Shown here: in pieces, positions 15,597 to 18,117 of the stretch
How the letters are laid out: the number at the start of each line of letters is the position of its first letter
Numbering within the stretch: position 1 is the first letter of the stretch
Source: a bacterium
GTDB lineage: Bacteria; SZUA-182; DTGQ01; JAFGSM01
Direction of reading: 5' to 3'
DNA: 18,117 nt
NCBI GenBank assembly: GCA_049472355.1
Contig: JBLIRP010000075.1
Span: 1 to 18,117, forward strand
The notes under the pieces: generated by a model
Database searches by the model: none
What the model was told of the DNA's origin: nothing
Seen by the model: the letters and a program-made list of their open reading frames with translations, nothing else
Made by a program: the position numbers and the translations under genes

Positions 15597-17312
15597 ATGA
15601 AGAAGGCACTGGGCACGCTTCTCACCATACTGCTGGTGTTCATCATGATGACCACCCTGTCGGCCGCCGCACAGGAGCAGAATGATTCCAATCCGGCCGG
15701 GAGCAAGAACAACGGCAAGGTCATCGCCGAGGTGAACGGTCTTAAGATCCATACCGCGACATTCGAGAAACTCATGCAAGGCCGTGCGGATCCGCAAGCC
15801 CTGCTCGATCAGATCATCGCCTACCTTCTTCTTGCCGAGGAGGCGAAAAAGAAGGGGGCCAGTCAAGGGCCCGAATTCGAAGAACAATTGGAGATGATGA
15901 AGGAGCAGCAGCTCGCCAACTTCTTTTACAACAGAGAGGTCGAGGACAAGGCGGAATTGACCGATAAGGATATCGAAAAAATGATCCCTGCATCGGATAA
16001 ATACAAGGTCAACTTTCAGCAGATCCTCGTGAATACGAAAGAAGATGCTGCGGACATCCTCAAGACCCTCCAAAAGGAACCGGATTTCAACAAACTTGCC
16101 AAGGTGCGATCCAAGGCGAAAAATGCCTCCAAGGGCGGGCAGATCGGGTATGTTATCCCCAACACCGGATATTTCGAGGGCGAACTTTCAGACGAGGATG
16201 AAAAGAAGATCTTTCGACTCAAGGACGGAGAGGTGAGCGAACCTATCAAGACCCGGCAGGGGTATGCGATCTTCAAGGCCGTGAGCAGGAAGGAACTGAC
16301 GGAACAGGAAATGGAGAGCAGGAAAAACTATTTGCGGTATAAGTTTCAAAAGACCAAACTGGACGAGGTCCGCGATAGTCTGCTCGACCGTTTGAGATCG
16401 AAGGCAAAGATTGAATTGAACGACAAGAATATCAAAAAGCTGGAAAAATCCGACAAGATCAACGAGGCATCGCTCAAGCTGGTGGTCGCAACAGTGAACG
16501 GCAAGGAGATCCTCCTCAAGGAGATCCTGCCCCCCCAAAGGCCCGAATACGGCTACCAGATGAACAGCCCGTACCTTAAGCAACCCGAATTTTTGAAAAA
16601 TATCATCAACGAAAAGGTCAACAGCGAGCTTTTTCTTGAAGAGGCGAAACGGCTCAAATACGACCAGAATGAGGAATTCAAGAGGACATTCGAACTCCTC
16701 AAAAACGGACTGGTCGGACAGACCTACGCCATGGAGTATGTAAAGGACGTAAAGGTGACCGACGAGGAATTGAAGGAATATTTCGAGACCAACAGGGAAC
16801 GGTTCAAGGAGATGCCGGAACGAATCCGTGTCCGCCACGTTCTTGTACCGGATGAGGAACAGGCAAAGGAAATCCTCGCCAAAATCAAGGCAGGCGGTGA
16901 TTTCGAGAAGCTGGCAGAGGAATTCTCAATTTGCCCGACCGCCAAAAACGGCGGAGACCTCGGATACTTCTCCCGGGGCAGGATGGCCCCCCTGTTCGAA
17001 GAGGCCGCCTTCAAGCTCAAAAAGGGAGAGGTCAGTGATGTGGTGCGAACCAATTTCGGTTTCCACATCATCAAGATGGAGGACCATAAGCAGGCGGGGG
17101 CATCAAGCTTGAGCGATGTCAGATACGAGGTTGAACAAATCGTACAGTTTCAGAAAAGGGATAAAAAGATTCAGGACCTTATTGCCAAACTGAAATCAAA
17201 GGCATCGATCACCACAAATCAGGAAGCCCTGAAAAAATATCAGTCTTCCCTCCCCACCCCGCCCATGAGTTTGCCCATGCAGGACATGCAAGGCGGAGGA
17301 ATGATGCAGTAA
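15597..17312 (+). CDS. Exported peptidyl-prolyl isomerase/foldase with two PrsA-like parvulin modules
   Basis: RBS AAGGAGG, then the signal peptide MKKALGTLLTILLVFIMMTTLSAAA. Canonical parvulin RVRHVLV...FEKLAEEFSICPTAKNGGDLGYF...FGFHIIK, with a degenerate first copy FQQILV...GGQIGYV...QGYAIFK. Confidence 0.9.
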   Translation: MKKALGTLLTILLVFIMMTTLSAAAQEQNDSNPAGSKNNGKVIAEVNGLKIHTATFEKLMQGRADPQALLDQIIAYLLLAEEAKKKGASQGPEFEEQLEMMKEQQLANFFYNREVEDKAELTDKDIEKMIPASDKYKVNFQQILVNTKEDAADILKTLQKEPDFNKLAKVRSKAKNASKGGQIGYVIPNTGYFEGELSDEDEKKIFRLKDGEVSEPIKTRQGYAIFKAVSRKELTEQEMESRKNYLRYKFQKTKLDEVRDSLLDRLRSKAKIELNDKNIKKLEKSDKINEASLKLVVATVNGKEILLKEILPPQRPEYGYQMNSPYLKQPEFLKNIINEKVNSELFLEEAKRLKYDQNEEFKRTFELLKNGLVGQTYAMEYVKDVKVTDEELKEYFETNRERFKEMPERIRVRHVLVPDEEQAKEILAKIKAGGDFEKLAEEFSICPTAKNGGDLGYFSRGRMAPLFEEAAFKLKKGEVSDVVRTNFGFHIIKMEDHKQAGASSLSDVRYEVEQIVQFQKRDKKIQDLIAKLKSKASITTNQEALKKYQSSLPTPPMSLPMQDMQGGGMMQ

Positions 17313-17489
17313 TCAGCAAGCGAGGTGTATGTTCGTTCTCGAGTGATTCCTTGATGATCCTTCGGGACAATAAGGGGCGAATATGCCTTAAATGAGACTA
17401 TTTACGAGAATGAACTACTTTGAATGAGGGAAACGACTTAAATGGACTTTTTTGGCCTTTTTACCTGAGATTTTCCCAATAAATACACC

Positions 17490-17518
17490 TTGCTTTTCTT
17501 GCTGCAAATTTTTAGAAT
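17490..17518 (+). promoter_or_regulatory. Sigma70-type promoter for tRNA-Thr
   Basis: TTGCTT (17490-17495), 17 nt, TAGAAT (17513-17518), ending 16 nt before the tRNA. Confidence 0.65.
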
Positions 17519-17534
17519 AGTCGCTTATGTTAAC

Positions 17535-17610
17535 GCTGGCGTAGCTCAGCCGGTAGAGCAGCTGATTTGTAATCAGCGGGTCGGGGGTTCGAATCCCTTC
17601 GCCAGCTCCA
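17535..17610 (+). tRNA. tRNA-Thr (anticodon UGU)
   Basis: 76-nt cloverleaf: acceptor GCTGGCG/CGCCAGC, D-arm GCTC/GAGC, anticodon arm GCTGA-TTTGTAA-TCAGC, T-loop TTCGAAT, and encoded CCA. Confidence 0.98.
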
Positions 17611-17685
17611 CTCGGAACCATGGTAAAGGTCGTAGGGCCGGCGTGCCTTTTGTCTGCATGCGATGCCCCGTTAACGGTATATGTA

Positions 17686-17720
17686 CCCTGCGTTGTCGAT
17701 GCGGGGGGTATTTTTATTTA
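17686..17720 (+). terminator. Possible intrinsic terminator downstream of the tRNA
   Basis: CCCUGCGU-ugucg-AUGCGGGG stem (two G-U pairs) followed by gguauuuuuauuua. Confidence 0.35.
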
Positions 17721-17762
17721 TGAGGGGTATGTATAAAGAGGCGGCAGGGACTCAGCGTGTCG

Positions 17763-17896
17763 TGATTCCGGCGGCATCGTTGTTCGGTTTCTTAATGCAT
17801 GGAATTGCTTCTCGGTGGTTGACAGGCACTATTGAGGGCACTGCTTTCGTCGAAAGATATAACATACAAATTAATTCACTACTGATTCCGGCGGCA
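17763..17896. repeat. 14-bp direct repeat tgattccggcggca, two copies 120 bp apart
   Basis: Identical copies at 17763-17776 and 17883-17896. Confidence 0.8.
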
Positions 17897-17897
17897 C

Positions 17898-18099
17898 TTT
17901 TCCGGCAGAAGACATAACATAGTTCTTGAGTCCGTGACATTTTTTCTGGCAGAGGACATAACATAGTCCTTGAGTCCGTGACATTTTTTCTGGCAGAGGA
18001 CATAACATAGTCCTTGAGTCCGTGACATTTTTTCTGGCAGAAGACATAACATAGTCCTTGAGTCCGTGACATTTTTTCTGGCAGAAGACATAACATAGT
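17898..18099. repeat. 44-bp tandem repeat, about 4.6 copies (ggcagaRgacataacatagtYcttgagtccgtgacattttttct)
   Basis: The ggcag anchor recurs at 17904, 17948, 17992, 18036 and 18080. Copies differ at only 1-2 positions and have no unique spacers. Confidence 0.95.
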
Positions 18100-18112
18100 G
18101 CTAAAAGAGGTT

Positions 18113-18117
18113 GGAGG
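18113..18117 (+). promoter_or_regulatory. Probable Shine-Dalgarno sequence (GGAGG) of a gene starting just beyond the window
   Basis: The window ends ...aaaagaggttGGAGG; the start codon is not visible. Confidence 0.4.

Noticed and set aside
17415..17723. Short ORFs overlapping the tRNA
   Set aside because: These are spurious translations of the tRNA gene and its flanks.
17898..18099. CRISPR or TIGR-like array
   Set aside because: The units are contiguous and nearly identical, with no variable spacers. No cas or tas gene is in the window.

Overview
This is mostly a conserved housekeeping region of a diderm bacterium. The gene order resembles Deltaproteobacteria/Nitrospirota-type or candidate-phylum genomes (inference only). 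A long run of minus-strand genes reads coaE, rpsF-ssb-rpsR-(small hydrophobic ORF)-rplI-dnaB, alr-mlaE-mlaF-mlaD-radA, and carD-ispD-ispF-cysS-rlmB. At the left edge is a convergent gene for a secreted, nearly uncharged low-complexity protein with 13 tandem YGYS(G/S)YG(Y/T)SP decapeptides and a Gly/Leu block, followed by a perfect 17-bp-stem terminator. To the right are a perfect sigma70 promoter, a tandem-duplicated PrsA/parvulin foldase and a solitary tRNA-Thr(UGU). A non-coding stretch follows, with a 14-bp direct repeat and a 44-bp tandem array (about 4.6 copies) ending just before a Shine-Dalgarno sequence at the window edge. The most unusual items are the Tyr/Gly repeat protein, the 44-bp array after the tRNA, the long MlaD with a probable C-terminal beta-barrel, the pseudo-dimeric foldase, and the 47-codon ORF in frame behind the rpsR amber stop. 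I saw no CRISPR array, integrase or transposase.
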